This document shows positions 25,661 through 41,157 of a stretch of DNA of 64,000 nt, one piece after another. The stretch covers positions 65,596,001-65,660,000 of the forward strand of contig OX597822.1 in NCBI GenBank assembly GCA_951406725.2. Direction: 5' to 3'. Under the pieces are notes generated by a model. That model did not search any database. It was not told where the DNA came from and worked only from the letters and a program-made list of their open reading frames with translations. The DNA is from Octopus vulgaris. Its lineage: Eukaryota. The translations under genes and the position numbers were made by a program. Numbering within the stretch: the stretch's first letter is position 1; each line of letters begins with the position of its first letter.

Positions 25661-26540
25661 AAGTATACTAAATATTGCCACTCTCTTAAATGCACAGAGA
25701 TATTAAGAATTGTAGGTGTTTGCAACCATTTTAAAAAATGTTTTTATTGTCAGTTTTAGTCATTTATTATTAATTTTTTTTTTTACTCTCAGCTCCTTTT
25801 TTCTTTCTTTACATCTACAACAGTCACCTCAGATACTTGAAAATGATTTCATACTCAGGCACTTCGGACACATTGATACCCGCTCAATTCGTCATCCATA
25901 TTGCATCTATACTGCAATAAATGCTACATCCAATCCTTCCTTTCTCTGCACAATCTTTCCTTTTTTGCTGAATACATCCCCGCATTAATCGACTTAAAAG
26001 TCTTCAAGACCATTAACCTACCCGAACGCAAGGGTCTTCGAAGGCTAGATATTCAAGCAGTTTTATCAGACGTTCAGATAATTCTAACATACAAAAGAAT
26101 ATCATTATATTAACCATTAACTAGTTCAAAAAATTTGGCATCGCTGTATCGTAGGAAACTGTCAAATTTTTTTTTCGAAACAGTTTTATATTCATTCGTC
26201 TGTGTTACTAATTAGGAATTTTTCTTTATTTATGAAACCGAGAAACAATGGAATTCTTATAATTAAATTAGAGAAAATTTAATTACAAGATGATGTGTTT
26301 CGAATACTAACACCTAGTTATAAATATGTATATAGTAGAAAAACGATGCACATAAACACACACATACATATATGTCCATACACACACACACACTCTCTCT
26401 CTCTCTCTCTCTCAGACACACACATATACATACAAAAAACATATATCACACATAATACCAGATAATTGCATTGAAATGATATAGGGCAAATTTGTATGTA
26501 TATATGTATACATACACAAACATATATATATATACATACG

Positions 26541-26586
<46 letters not shown>

Positions 26587-26661
26587 ATTATATATATGCA
26601 TACATACATGCATACACGTATACACGTGAATGTATGTGTGTGTATTTATACATATATATAT

Positions 26662-26772
<111 letters not shown>

Positions 26773-27104
26773 TATACTGCTACACATACACACACATTCG
26801 CACACACGAACACGAAATCTTTATAAAAAAACTGTAATGTTATATATCTTATGAGTGCGTAAGCGAATTATGATACGAATATGTTTATAGTCGAGTTATG
26901 TATACATGAAATATAAATATGAATTTTGTTTTTCTGCCGTTCCATATTTTTTTCTTCTGTGTTATGAGTTAGTTTACACTTGCTGTTTTTGCATACGAAC
27001 GGTCTTTAACTGACTATATTATCGTAGATATTGTTGTTTTTTTTTTAGTTTTTGCTGTTCTTGTTATGGTAGTATTGTATTAGCATTGTTACTTTATTGT
27101 TAAC

Positions 27105-27140
27105 ATGATTACCATCATCTTCATCATCATCATCATCATC

Positions 27141-27227
<87 letters not shown>

Positions 27228-27235
27228 GTCGTCAA

Positions 27236-27284
<49 letters not shown>

Positions 27285-27580
27285 AGCATCATCATCATCA
27301 TCATATATCATGGTAGCGACCAACAACACCAGTAGCAGCAACAGCAGCGATAGCAACAACAGGAAACAAAAGCAACAACATCAACAACAATGTGAATGAA
27401 ATGAAATAGGAAAACAAAAAGTAATAATGATGAGGATGAGGAGGATGAGGATTATAATGACGAAGATGATAATGATGATGATGATGATGATGATGGTAGT
27501 GGCAATAATAACAACACCAACAACAACGATTTCGACGATGATGATGATAGTGGTAATAATAGTAATAATAATAATAATAA

Positions 27581-27624
<44 letters not shown>

Positions 27625-27683
27625 TAGTTATAACAGCAACAACAACAACAACGACAACAGCATCAACAACAACAACAATAGCA

Positions 27684-27714
<31 letters not shown>

Positions 27715-27742
27715 TAGTAGTAGTAGTAGTAGTAGTAGTAGT

Positions 27743-27786
<44 letters not shown>

Positions 27787-27824
27787 TAGTTATAACAGCA
27801 ACAACAACAACAACAACAATAGCA

Positions 27825-27855
<31 letters not shown>

Positions 27856-27891
27856 TAGTAGTGGTAGTAGTAGTAGTAGTAGTAGTAGTAA

Positions 27892-27941
<50 letters not shown>

Positions 27942-28021
27942 ATAGTAGTAGTAGTAGTAGTGTAGTTATAACAGCAACAACAACAACAACGACAACAGCA
28001 TCAGCAACAACAACAATAGCA

Positions 28022-28077
<56 letters not shown>

Positions 28078-28256
28078 CGTCATCATTGCAGCTGCGACCG
28101 AATGATAACGCTAAAAATATTGCTGATATTGATTCTGTCGGCAACTGTTGCTGAAATTGTCAATTGTTATAATTAATGCAGCACCTCTACATTAATCTTG
28201 TTGTTGCTATTGTTGTTATTGCCACACAATTATTATTATTATTATTATTATTATTA

Positions 28257-28311
<55 letters not shown>

Positions 28312-28649
28312 AATTATTGTTATTATTGTTATTATTTTAATCATCATCATCGTCATCATCGTCGTCGTCATCACAACCACCGCCACATTCATCATCATCA
28401 AACATCAACATCATCATCGTCATGATCATCATTATTCATTAGTTCCATTGTTTTAAAATACTCCGTCTCTAGATATCTGCTCTCGTTGCTTTATTGTTAT
28501 TGTTATTATCATCATCATCATCATTATCACCATCTTCATCATCATTATTATTATCATTATTATTATCATCATCATCATCCTCATCGTCTTCATTATTATT
28601 ACTATTATTATTACTGTCATTATTACTATTATTAGTATTATCATCATCA

Positions 28650-28693
<44 letters not shown>

Positions 28694-28700
28694 ATTATTA

Positions 28701-28767
<67 letters not shown>

Positions 28768-28790
28768 CATCATTATTATTATTTACTACC
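27105..28790. repeat. Large compound trinucleotide block: (ATC)n, (AGT)n, (AAC)n, (AAT)n
   Basis: Read directly; it is the source of the poly-D/I/L/N pseudo-ORFs. Confidence 0.95.
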
Positions 28791-29625
28791 TCCATTGTTT
28801 TGCCTATGATGACATCAGCAATTTATATTCTGATGTGTCAAGATCGCATTTGTTTGTTTACTGCAGTAGTTGTTTTTTTCTGTTTCTCTCTCTCCCTCTC
28901 TCTTTCTCTCTTTTTTAAAAAAAAATTATTGCTGACGTTTGTTATTATTGTTATTACTTAATTGACCAGATCGCACCAGTCAATGAAGGCACGATGCTGA
29001 TAGGAATTTGAATGCGAGAGAACAATCCATTGTGTTCAGCGATGTGTTATCTAATTACGATGCGGTGGTGTTAGTAGACATCCACAAATGCTCTTTGCCC
29101 TATAATAATACGTTCGTGGTAAGAGCCATGTCTGGACGTATTTCGTCTCATTCAAAGGTTTTTGTATTATTCGTTATGTCTGCCTGTCTGTCGGTCTATC
29201 TGTCTGTCTGTCTGAGTGGGTGATAGACATATTTTCAGGAAGTGCGCATCGATCTCTCTTATTGCTTCACCTAATTAAACATTCCTGAAGTAAAGTAAAC
29301 ATGATCGTAATTGGAACTATATCATCAGCAAACATAACCATAATTTCACTCTCAATCAGTTTGCAATGAGTATGATCCTGAACGTCGCCAGGCCCGTGAA
29401 TACAATCAACTGATCAGCGCCACCTCCGACAGCAAGAACGACAACAATGCCAGCACCACTATCACCACCATCCCCACCACCACCACAACCACATCCGACG
29501 TCAACACCAGTATCATCTTCGTCGTCGTCATCATCATCATCATCAAAATCATCATCATCAATATCACCACCATGACCATCACCACCACCACCACAACTAA
29601 CATCATCACCACCACCACCACCACC

Positions 29626-29657
<32 letters not shown>

Positions 29658-30146
29658 CAACATCATCATCATCATATATACATGTTTAACAGCATCTGAA
29701 TTTTACACCTCACAATACATGCAATACAAAACTTGTTGAATTTATTTTATCCCCCTTATCTCTTGCCACCAAGGGCAAACAGTTCATTACGTAGGAGACC
29801 AGCAGCTGCCTATTCATGCAAGTCTAGTCTCTCCACGCTATTGAAGCTCTCCAACAGGATGGAAAATGATTATACAGTTTGGCGCAAGTATCATCGCTGG
29901 CAATGCCGTATCTAAACAATGGGGACAGATGTCACTAGTCAACTGAACCAGCGCTATAACTGTTCTGTCATTCCAACGCCAAGCCTGACAACACAGACCC
30001 GCTAAAAGAATTGTGCCCCTGTTGTCGAAAACTTGGAGTTGAACGAGAGTTATTTTGACACAGTGATTCCGAAATAACATCCACTTATAACCATCACGTT
30101 AAGATTTTAAGATGTTGGATTTCTATTCTTTCTTCTTCTATTCTTC

Positions 30147-30533
30147 TATTTGTTTCAGTCATTTGACTGTGGCCATGCTGGAGCCCCGCCTTTAGTCGAG
30201 CAAATCGACCACCAGGACTTATTCTTGGTAAGCCTAGTACTTATTCTATCTATCTCTCTTTCCGAACCGCTAAGTGACGGGGATGTAAACACACCAGCAT
30301 CTGTTGTCAAGCGATATTGGGGGAAAAACACAGACACACAAACATATATATATATATATATATATGTATACGACGGGCTTCTTTCATTTTCCGTCTACCA
30401 AATCTACTCACAAGGCTTTGGTCGGCCCGAGGCTATAGTAGAAGACACTTGCCCAAGGTGGCACGCAGTGGGACTGAACCTGGAACCATGTGGTTGGTAA
30501 GCAAGCTACTTATCACACAGCCACTCCTACTCC
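30147..30533 (-). mobile_element. SINE family A
   Basis: Full head-body-tail match. Confidence 0.9.
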
Positions 30534-30787
30534 TATCTAATTGATCGCCACAGTTTACGCCTGAAGCAAGTACAAGACTATATATTATACAAATATATTC
30601 TACATTGATTCATTGCTGCTCAGAGCTACAGATTATGGTCGTTCCTTTGAGACCTATCGTTAAAGTTTGCCAAGATTTGTCAAAAAAATATAAGCAAAAA
30701 AAACAAAATTTTGCTTGTGTCGCTAACTAAGCAACTCGCCATTAAAACCCGTTACTTTGTTGCTGTTAGTGTTACTCTAGTTGATAT

Positions 30788-31331
<544 letters not shown>

Positions 31332-32413
31332 TGGTATTATCTTTCATGTTGTTTCCTATATATGTATGCTTATCTTTATATCTAAATTTGCTCTTTTAGT
31401 TATGTACCTTTTGGTTGAAAGTGCTTGTGTCAGTGTCGTAATTTCTTTCGTCTCGCATTCGCTTATTCTTGTAATTCGTATTCACTCTTTCCATTGGTAT
31501 CATTGGTATTAATTGTGGATAATAGTGATAAAAGTCTTTGAAGTGAATGGGGTTGATGTGGTACGTTATTGACGTGTGTTAACGTGTGAAGAGCGGTTGT
31601 GGTTTATTTTGATCTTTTTTAAAGTATCCCCAAATACCAGACTTGTTATTTTGTGATGGTCTGACTTTAGGCGCTTCCACCATATGTCTGCCTATATGTG
31701 TACACCAGTCTGTATATGTATATGTGCGTGTGTGTGTGTGTATGTCTGTGTACATAAATATATAAAACACACACATATATATCCGTACGTGTGTATGTAT
31801 GCGTGTATATATTGTTTATGTAAGTGCAAACGTGTGCTTGTTCATAAATCTCAATGTACATATCTATATATGTATCTGTCTCTCTACATGTATAAGTTGA
31901 TATATATATATATATATATATATACAAACACACACTAATACACATAAATATATTAAAGTGTGTGTTCGTGTGTACATATTTATATACATATATACATGCA
32001 TGCACACTTACGTATAGATTTGCACCGTTCTTTCAATATATACATTCATTAAAGGAAGTTAGACATATTCCTACGCAAATGCAGATACACCCATGCACGC
32101 AACCACACACAAAGTCACAGACAAATACATTGATATATGTATGTGAGTTTTCAAATATGAATAAAATGTACATGTGTGTGTGCGTGCGTATATGTGAGTG
32201 TACATATGCTGTTAGTTGAGTTTTCTAACATCTCTCACTTGCAGCTATGTTTTCTTATTCCGATAGAATATTATATCAGTCGAACTTTTGTTAAATGGGC
32301 CTAAAGCTGAAAAGAAAGTCTTTGTTGCCAGAAACTAACGTTTCAATCTACAGCTGCATTCGAGTACCGTGCTCACTCTCATTCTCTCTCTCTCTTCCTC
32401 TCTCTCGCTCTGT

Positions 32414-32472
<59 letters not shown>

Positions 32473-32482
32473 CGCTTATCTA

Positions 32483-32522
<40 letters not shown>

Positions 32523-32531
32523 TAGATAAGC

Positions 32532-32586
<55 letters not shown>

Positions 32587-33529
32587 CACACGCACATACT
32601 CACACGCACATTCCTTCGTGGGTATGATGTGTGGATGTGTGAGTGTTTTCTTGTTTTCAATTATTTACATTCTTCCCCTGAGAAAGAAACTGGCTTCTCA
32701 CAAAGACAGAGACCTCCATCGTTGGAATATGGATATCGAAATCAATGTCACATTTTAAACTTGCGAAAAGTTTCCCACTTTTTACTATTCCAATTATATA
32801 CTGTATTTGTAATGTGCGAGTCGGTTGATTTGCTTTCCTGAAAATCCAAGCTTATCCAAACTATTAATAAGGCATTTACTCACAAAAACCAAGTGCACAA
32901 ATTATTGTTGGTATAAATGTAAATTTGTAATTTGAATATAAATGCTGGAGGATTCAAAGCAGTTGTCCATCCTTAACTTCTTTCTCCTTCACAGCTGATC
33001 GGTATGACGGTGCATACGTTTTCTTGTTCGTCCCCAATAACAATATCCGGCTATCATGCTTATACTTGACAGATGAGATGTTTTGTTGCGCATGTTCCAC
33101 CGATATGACATGTGTTGAAGCTTGTGCACGTATTCAATAACAGGGAATACCTCTGTATTTATTCTAGGATAGTCTTTAGTTTGGATGATATTGAATATTG
33201 TTTTTGCGACATGTACGCATGTATGTATGTATGTATGTATGTATGTATGTATGTATGTATGTATGTATGTATGTATGTATGTATGTATGTGTATATGTGT
33301 GTGTGTGTCTGTTAATGAATTTAGAAATTAAGAGAGTGAACATGAAATAATCTTATATTTCTGAACATGGGCAGCCTTCGAAGTTTTTTACCCGACGTTC
33401 TTTAAACATATATTACAAGCTTTTACTTATAGCTTTATCTGCTTCGAGATTCACCGGTCCAAAACATAATATTTATATACATCAGCATTAAATACGAATG
33501 ATATATGCATTAGCAATAAAAAAGTAACT

Positions 33530-33650
33530 GATTGATTCTATATTTTATCAATCCCGAATTTATGAGAGGCAAATTCACTAGTGGCGAATTTCGAAGTCGG
33601 AAATTTTATAGTGAGGACAAATACTTTGCGCTATTTGCCTCGATGCTAAA
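33530..33650 (-). mobile_element. Highly decayed SINE family B
   Basis: TTTATCAATCCCGAATTTATGAGAGGCAAATTCAC...GGCGAATTT resembles the B core. Confidence 0.45.
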
Positions 33651-35039
33651 CACTAAACCGATAAAACATATGACCCACACATTTTCTTTGAAACTATGAA
33701 TGTTTTTTTCTCTTTATTTTGCAGGTGAAAGCAAAATAAGATTTTTTCCATCTTTATATAAGGTTTATCCGGTGCATTTTTATTACAAAATCTTGGATCT
33801 TCTCATCCACCCACTATATTTCATGCCGATTTATATGTTTGTTCATTGAATCATTTTGCAGAAAGATATCACGATAATCTAGTTAATTCATGGAATATCT
33901 TCCTTCTGTAATCGGGTATTCAAAACATGAACAAGAAAAAGTATGTATTATTTTAGAAGATATTTCAGAGTAGGTAACAACTTTTATCATGTATATATAT
34001 GTTTATACTGGAAAGCTCTTTAATGTCGGTGAGTACTTTGTGGTATCTGTGTTTTTTTTTCTTAGCTTATATGCATGTGGGTATATATGTATACAAAGGC
34101 ACCTTTAGTCAAATATCCCGAAACGCCCTTAAATATATTTAGAGGCAGACGCACACACACATTCACGCAAGTGCTCGCGAACGCGCACACACACATATAT
34201 GTTATCTATATGTGAATCTCTCTTCCCATGTTTATATACCTCTGCTTATGAACATGCGTGCTCTGCTCATATGATAAACATATTAAATATGGTTTCCTAC
34301 GTTGCTGTTTGATGTTTACTCAACCTAACATATACTAATAAATACACAGAACATACCTCTTTCCATACTTTATTTATCTTAAGTACTTGTAGTCATTGTG
34401 TAAGATGTTACTGGTAGAATAGTTATTGCTTTTGTAGATATCTGATATTTTTTTTCTTATTGTTGAGCTAAATAGCGTTAACATGCGTTGCTAGATTTAT
34501 GGCAATGCAGGTCTTAATCTGTAAAACACAAATAAATCTTAAGCACATTATCATCACCAACACTTTTACCAACACACTTTCTCTCTCTCACCATCCGCTA
34601 ACATCGTCACAAGTTCTATCTGCACCGTAACGACCAAGTGCAAGTTGCTATATGATGACTCATATTGGCAAACAGAGCAGCTGAAAGTCACTCAAATCGT
34701 AAACAGCCACATAAAGGAACGTCTAGAAAATTTCTTTTTTAATTATCAGGAACATATGTAATAATTAAGTCTGGGTGGATTATACCAGCAAATAATTCAG
34801 TTTGGCAATGACCGGTATGAATTTGATCGTTGATTTGCTCAATCAAGGTTAATGGTGTGGGGATAAACTAGCATCCCATTAATACCCGTCTCAAAATTAT
34901 CAACATCAGTACTGCCAAGAATATAACTCCTTACCGTCTGAGAAACTGAAAGTAGGAATTCAGATTATGCTGCACATTGATTACGTGGTCTGCGCAATCA
35001 TTGTTCACCTTTGGCTGAGCGACGACAACGACGATGTAT

Positions 35040-35229
35040 TAGTGGTAGTAACAGTAGTAGTAGTAATAGTAGTAGTAGTAATAGTAGTAGTAGTATTGGA
35101 AGTTTAATGGTGGTGGTGGTGGTGGTGGTGGTTGTAGTGGGCGTGGTAATTGTGGTAGTGGTAAATATAGTAGTAGCGGTGGCTGTACTAGTAGTTGTCG
35201 TATTAGTAGTAGTAGAAGTAGTAGTAGTC

Positions 35230-35263
<34 letters not shown>

Positions 35264-35445
35264 CAGCAGCAGAAGTAGGAGGAGAGGGAGCAACAGCAGC
35301 TATAGTAGTAGTCGCAGTAGTAGTAGCAGTAATAGGAGTGGTGGTGGTGGTTTTTGTGGGAGTGGTAATTGTGGCAGTGGTAAAGGTAGTTGTAGTGGTG
35401 GTGCTAGTAGTAGTTCTCGTATTATTATTATTAGTAGTAGAAGTG
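35040..35445. repeat. Compound (AGT)n/(GGT)n low-complexity repeat
   Basis: Read directly. Confidence 0.9.
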
Positions 35446-35449
35446 TAAA

Positions 35450-35770
35450 GGCGCGTGGTTTAGTGGTTAGAGCAGTTGGCTCACGATTGTAAGGTCGTGA
35501 ATTCAATTCCCGGCGACGCGTTGTGTCCTTGAGCAAACACTTTATTTCCCGTTGCTCCAGTCCACTCAGCTGGCATAAATGAGTAGTAACTGTATTTCAG
35601 AGGGCCGTCCTTGTCACACTCTGTGTCACGCTGAATCTCCCTGAGAACTACGTTAGGGGTGCACGTGTTTGTGGATTGCTCAGTCACTTGCACGTTAGTT
35701 TCACGAGCAGGCTGTTCCGTTGATCTTTTCGGCGCTGGGACCCTCGTCGTCGCAACCGACGGAGTGCTCC
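35450..35770 (+). mobile_element. SINE family C (head, CORE-like module, tail beta)
   Basis: GGCGCGTGGTTTAGTGGTTAG head and TGTGTCCTTGAGCAAACAC...GTTGCTCCAGTCCACTCAGCTG module. The tail matches 57400-57505. Confidence 0.9.
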
Positions 35771-35819
35771 AAAGTAGTAGAAGTAGAAGTAGAAGTAGGA
35801 GAAGCAGCTGTAGTAGTAT

Positions 35820-35867
<48 letters not shown>

Positions 35868-36205
35868 GAGGAGGAGGAGGAGGAGGAAGAGGAGGACGAT
35901 GACGAGTATATATATATATGCTCCGTATATAGCACAACTATTTAGTGTTAATTTTCACCCATCGAACTTTCCATATACTCTTGTGAGCTTTAACACTAGC
36001 GCCTCTGATGCGACGAACCGATCTTTCATGTTCAAAAATATATGATTTATATATCGCTGAATAGGTATTCTTTCAATGCGTATATTTATTGTGCATATAT
36101 ATTTTTATGAAGCATTTAATAGATTGACGTTTTACTTTTCATATACGGACTGATAACCCAGAATTTTGTCTCAAATCCAAAACGTTCCGTAACACACACA
36201 TTATA

Positions 36206-36283
<78 letters not shown>

Positions 36284-36866
36284 TACATGTTTACATATAT
36301 ACATATATACACGCAGAACTACATACATATGTGTGTGTGTGTATATATCTATATGGCTGTCTTTATTTATGTGTGCATGAATGTATAAATTAATGACCAT
36401 ACCTAATAGGAAGTAAACCAAAAATTGATAATATGAAATTACAGAAAACAAAATAAACGAATCGTCTGGAATAGGAAATGGAAAACGATGAATTGGAATA
36501 GTTTTGTGAAGATCAGAGACAATGTAAGATTTCATTTAGACGAGAAAACAGAGTTGAAAACGACGTCAAAAGGAAACGTGTGTATACTATAAGTAATAGC
36601 ATTATGTATATGCAAGTGTGCGAGTCTTTAAATAAGGAGTGATGTCGATACGTTTAAATATCGAAAGAAACAAAACTAGTACGTAAATGATACGAAAGCT
36701 GGAGGCACTTTGCAAAGAGATGATAGCTGTAGTTAGAACAAACAACATCAGACTATAAAATGATATATCTGCAAGAAACACAATCTGTACAAATATGAAT
36801 AAAGTTTTTCGCGTCTAAGTTCACAAAGATTCATAATAACCATAATGACGATGTATCATGATAGTA

Positions 36867-36917
<51 letters not shown>

Positions 36918-37056
36918 GTGATGATTATGATATTTTATCTTGGCGGTCACGATCATGAATATAATCATGTCCCTCGTGCAGTTCACGATGATGCTTGGTC
37001 ATTATAATATAGTTACTTTGTTCACTAATGGTATTACTACAACAACAACAACAACA

Positions 37057-37093
<37 letters not shown>

Positions 37094-37104
37094 ATTTTAT
37101 ATTT

Positions 37105-37305
37105 TTGCACAAGGCCAGCAATTTCGCTGGAGGGTCGAAATCGATTACATCGACCTGGGTCCTCAACTGGTGCTTATTTTATCCACCCAGAGAGAATGAA
37201 AGGCAAAGTTGACCACGGCGGAACTTGAACTTAAGATGCGAAGACGGACGAAATGCCTCTAAGATTTTTTTCTCCGTGTGCTAACGATTCCGCCGGCTCT
37301 CCGCC
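37105..37305 (-). mobile_element. SINE family B
   Basis: ATGAAAGGCAAAGTTGACCACGGCGGAACTTGAACT core with a GGCGG head. Confidence 0.8.
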
Positions 37306-38307
37306 TTAAGACAACAACAACAACAGGAGGGATCAAGGGTCCTTCCCGAGACACATCTCATATGGCGTATATGTTTCCCCTGGACTAGACGCTGATCCAT
37401 CTAAGATTTAATCATTTTTGCTAGCTAATCTTGCTCGAAATATTTCTATGATCATCAGACCTTTTCGAAAACAAGTAACACTGAATGGCAGACTTAAATT
37501 CACTGGCCAAATATCTGGAAACCCAGAAGTACCAGAACCAAAAAAAACACAAAATCTTCTTATATGTACTGTCTACACTCGATGAAAAACTGTCAACCTG
37601 AAAATTCCTGATTGTTTTGAAACTCTTTAAAAGTTGATATACTTTTACAAATTGAACAGAATCTAGTTTCCTATCCCTACAAGATATCATTGCTGGCCGT
37701 AATTAAAAGCACCCACAGCAATATGTAAAATTTGATGTCACTTAAAGTCCCTGGTTGAGACTTGGAATAGCTTGTACGAAAAAGAATGCAACAACCACGG
37801 AAATATTCTCATCAAAATTGTTTCTAAACAATGAACTTCCGCACTTGACACAGAAGCATCGTATAAAAGAGACATTACAAAGGTTAGTCATAGAATCTGA
37901 GCAGGAGGAGAAAAGTATCATAATATAAGCTGCATACATAATACAGAAACTCATGCTTACGTCAGCGATATAGTCATTCTCACATAGGGTGATCTATATT
38001 TGAGGAAGAGTCACACAGCCAATATTGCCGTGACTACCTAGTGCAAGTGCTCTCTTTCAAGTCTCCTTTACGAAGCTTATAGTAGATTCGTACACTACTT
38101 TTGCCATATTCACTCACCACATTCATAAAATCACTGGAAGAGACCGCTTCTTTTTTTTTCTATATGGAACTTATTGAAGAACTGCTTGATGTGTCATTCG
38201 GTATTTCAGCCTCGTCCATCATGCAACTAGGCAGGTCGAACTCACTTGTCCGCTGTTCTAAAAGTATGTGGTGGTGCGATCCTTATTATTTGAGTAGTAT
38301 ATTTTCC

Positions 38308-38396
38308 GACATACATGTTGTAGTGGTTAAGAGCGCGGGCTACTAACCACAAGATTCCGAGTTCGATTCCAGGCAGTGACCTGAATAATAATAATG

Positions 38397-38472
<76 letters not shown>

Positions 38473-38519
38473 TAATAATGATAATAATAATAATAATAAT
38501 GATGATAATGATAATGAGG

Positions 38520-38586
<67 letters not shown>

Positions 38587-38738
38587 TAATAATAACATCG
38601 AAATATACCATAGGAATGAGAACCCAGATTCGAAATTTCCCCAAGACACCTGATGAAGGCTGGAGGGTATATCAGCCGAAACGTTGTGTTGACAACAAAC
38701 AAGGTGAGGGCAAATATCCGTCAAATGTAATTAATGTA
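38308..38738 (+). mobile_element. Composite element: tRNA-type head, (AAT)n, hammerhead-containing tail (copy 1; remainder of tail at 38928-38974)
   Basis: TG.TGTAGTGGTT A-box and GTTCGATTCC B-box (38361-38370). GACAC-CTGATGA-A-GGCTG..CAGCC-GAAA-CG-TT-GTGTT at 38645-38690. Second copy at 44214-44627. Confidence 0.85.
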
Positions 38739-39319
38739 TTGTGTTTTTTTTTGCCTTTTTTTTTCACTTTTTTCTGCAAAATAGTGGTACCTTATCCTGT
38801 TCAGGCTATATTATTAGCACTATCCTGCGTTTGAGAATTTAAAATCACCTCTTTAACTTTCTAAGACATCTCAATGCTTTTAAAGCAAGCTTCGTTTGTT
38901 TGTTTACGTTCATCGTGATTTGAATTTAATGTAAATAATGTACATAATTCTTCATCTCTTAAATATAGAACTGTATCAAAAGAGAAAGGTCGACTTATAC
39001 ACCAACACAACATTCCACGTGAAATATGACAGGATTTGGAAATGGTGAAGATGTTTGAATGTTTTTCTATGTTTAAACAATATACGTCGACTTGACGCAA
39101 AATGCGGTTAGTCGATAGTCGAATAAATATTTCTAAAATAATCACAAGACTAAACATTTGGTGAATGAGATATACAATTTAGTAAACTACCAGTATATAA
39201 TTGACAAACCGATGTCCCGCCCGGAGAGGTGACAACCAAATGCCGTTGGAACAAGTCTGAAAATAAAAGTGCTGTCAATTTCGAGATGATGAAATAAAAC
39301 ACTTTAACGTTGTGCTTTG

Positions 39320-39646
39320 TAGAATCGACACCAGGGGAATAAAACGCAAAGCTTACAACGGTGGTATTTGAACTCAGAACTTAAAAAGGCGGCAAAATTG
39401 CGCATGGTAAATGTTTCGACACGCAAACGGTTCAAATAATCCCTTGTACTATAGGCACAAGGCCTGAATTTTTTTTAAGAAAGGGGGATAGTCGGTAGCA
39501 ATAGGGAACTGGTATCTATATTTATTGAACCTGAGAGGTTAAAAAGGGAAGCCGGCACTCCGTGGAAATTGAACTCAAAACGTTAACGGGCGAATTATAG
39601 CTAAGTATTTCGTCAGGAATGTCAACCGTTTTGCCAGCTTGCCGCC
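39320..39646 (-). mobile_element. Two decayed SINE family B copies
   Basis: TTGAACTCA.AAC motif at about 39368 and 39569. The GGCGGCAAGCTGGCA head ends at 39646. Confidence 0.6.
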
Positions 39647-39679
39647 TTCAAACGATTTCAGTAATTACATTAATTATCA

Positions 39680-40592
39680 TTGATGCTGCTGCTGATGACA
39701 ATGAGAGCAATTATGTTGGTGATGACACAGAGCGGGGAGCAGGAGGCGATTGATTACAACAATGATGACAATGGTGCAAAAAATTATGAAAATGACAGGC
39801 AAATGTGACGGTGGCGGTGGTACGGTAGACGTAGCTGCTGATGCTGATGCTGCTGATGCTGATGCTGCTGATGCTGATGCTGCTGCTGATGATTGTAATG
39901 ATAATGACGATGGAAATATATAGACGAACAGAGAAATAAAGAATAATTCGCTGGTTCTATGTGATGACAATAATGATATGGGTGATGTTGCTGGTGCTGC
40001 TTATGATGATGATGAGCAGGAGGAAAGGGAGGAGGATGAGGAGGATGAGGAGGGGAAATGGGAGGAGTGGAAGGGGAAAGGGGAGAGTGGTGTTTGTTGC
40101 TGCAGTTAAAGGTGATGGAGACGAGGCCGAGAACGGGAGTGGCAATGGTGGGGTGATACTGCCGCTGCTGCTGCTACTGCTGCTGCTGATGCTGCTGATG
40201 CTGCTGATGCTGCTGCTGATGCTGCTGCTGATGATGATGATGACGATGAGGAAGATAATGATGCTCGTGATGAAGATGATAGCGATGGCAGGGATAATAA
40301 CGAAGATGGTGGCGTTGGTGCTCCTGATGAATATGAACATGGTGATGACGATGATGTTGTTGTTGTTGTTGGTGGTGGTGGCTTTTACGTTGATGATGAT
40401 GATGATGATGGCGATGATGACACTCACGACTAGAATCATGATAGTAATTTTGGTGATGACATTGAAGATGATGATGATGATGATGATGATAAGGAATAAG
40501 TAATACAACAGCGATGATGACGAGGAGGCAAAAACACGACGATGACGACGGCAGCAACTATGATGGTAAAAACAAAGAAACCATAAACAAAA

Positions 40593-40631
<39 letters not shown>

Positions 40632-40632
40632 A
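39680..40632. repeat. Degenerate (GAT/GCT)n low-complexity region ending in (AAAT)n
   Basis: Read directly. Confidence 0.85.
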
Positions 40633-41001
40633 ACAATCACCGAAGCAAAAAATTAATACAGATTAATTCAAGGATAATGTATACAGAAAAAAGAGCATAG
40701 GAATTATGAGAATAGCATAAATAAATGTCGAACCATCTCACACACTATGGCCCGGGTAAAAAGCAAAGAAAGCAAAAATAAAAACAAAAAAAAAAGAATG
40801 AAAATGGGAAGGGAGACATGTAAAACGAAATTTAGATAAATAGAGGAATATATGTTGTAATGAGTGATTGCGATAGGTTGAAATATATGTGGTGGTAGGG
40901 ATTAGAATTGTCTTGCATTTGGTACGGTACCAGCTGCTGGTGTGTTCAAGCGTGTGTATGCGTGTGTGTATGTATGTATGTATATATATATATGTATCTA
41001 A

Positions 41002-41063
<62 letters not shown>

Positions 41064-41071
41064 TATGTCAG

Positions 41072-41109
<38 letters not shown>

Positions 41110-41115
41110 CTAAGC

Positions 41116-41157
<42 letters not shown>

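Noticed and set aside
33700-33980. Strong polypyrimidine tract plus CAG splice acceptor at 33724, with a possible donor near 33973
   Set aside because: No convincing coding frame follows. It could be a non-coding or UTR exon but cannot be supported from sequence alone.
37440-38030. Possible decayed GIY-YIG (LNSLAKYL) and APE-like (DIVILT*GDL) fragments
   Set aside because: The motifs are too short and too interrupted to support without an alignment.
39957-40640. Long ORFs (127-227 aa) with poly-H/Q/M/L
   Set aside because: Degenerate GAT/GCT repeats are open in several frames on both strands, and there is no splice or domain evidence.
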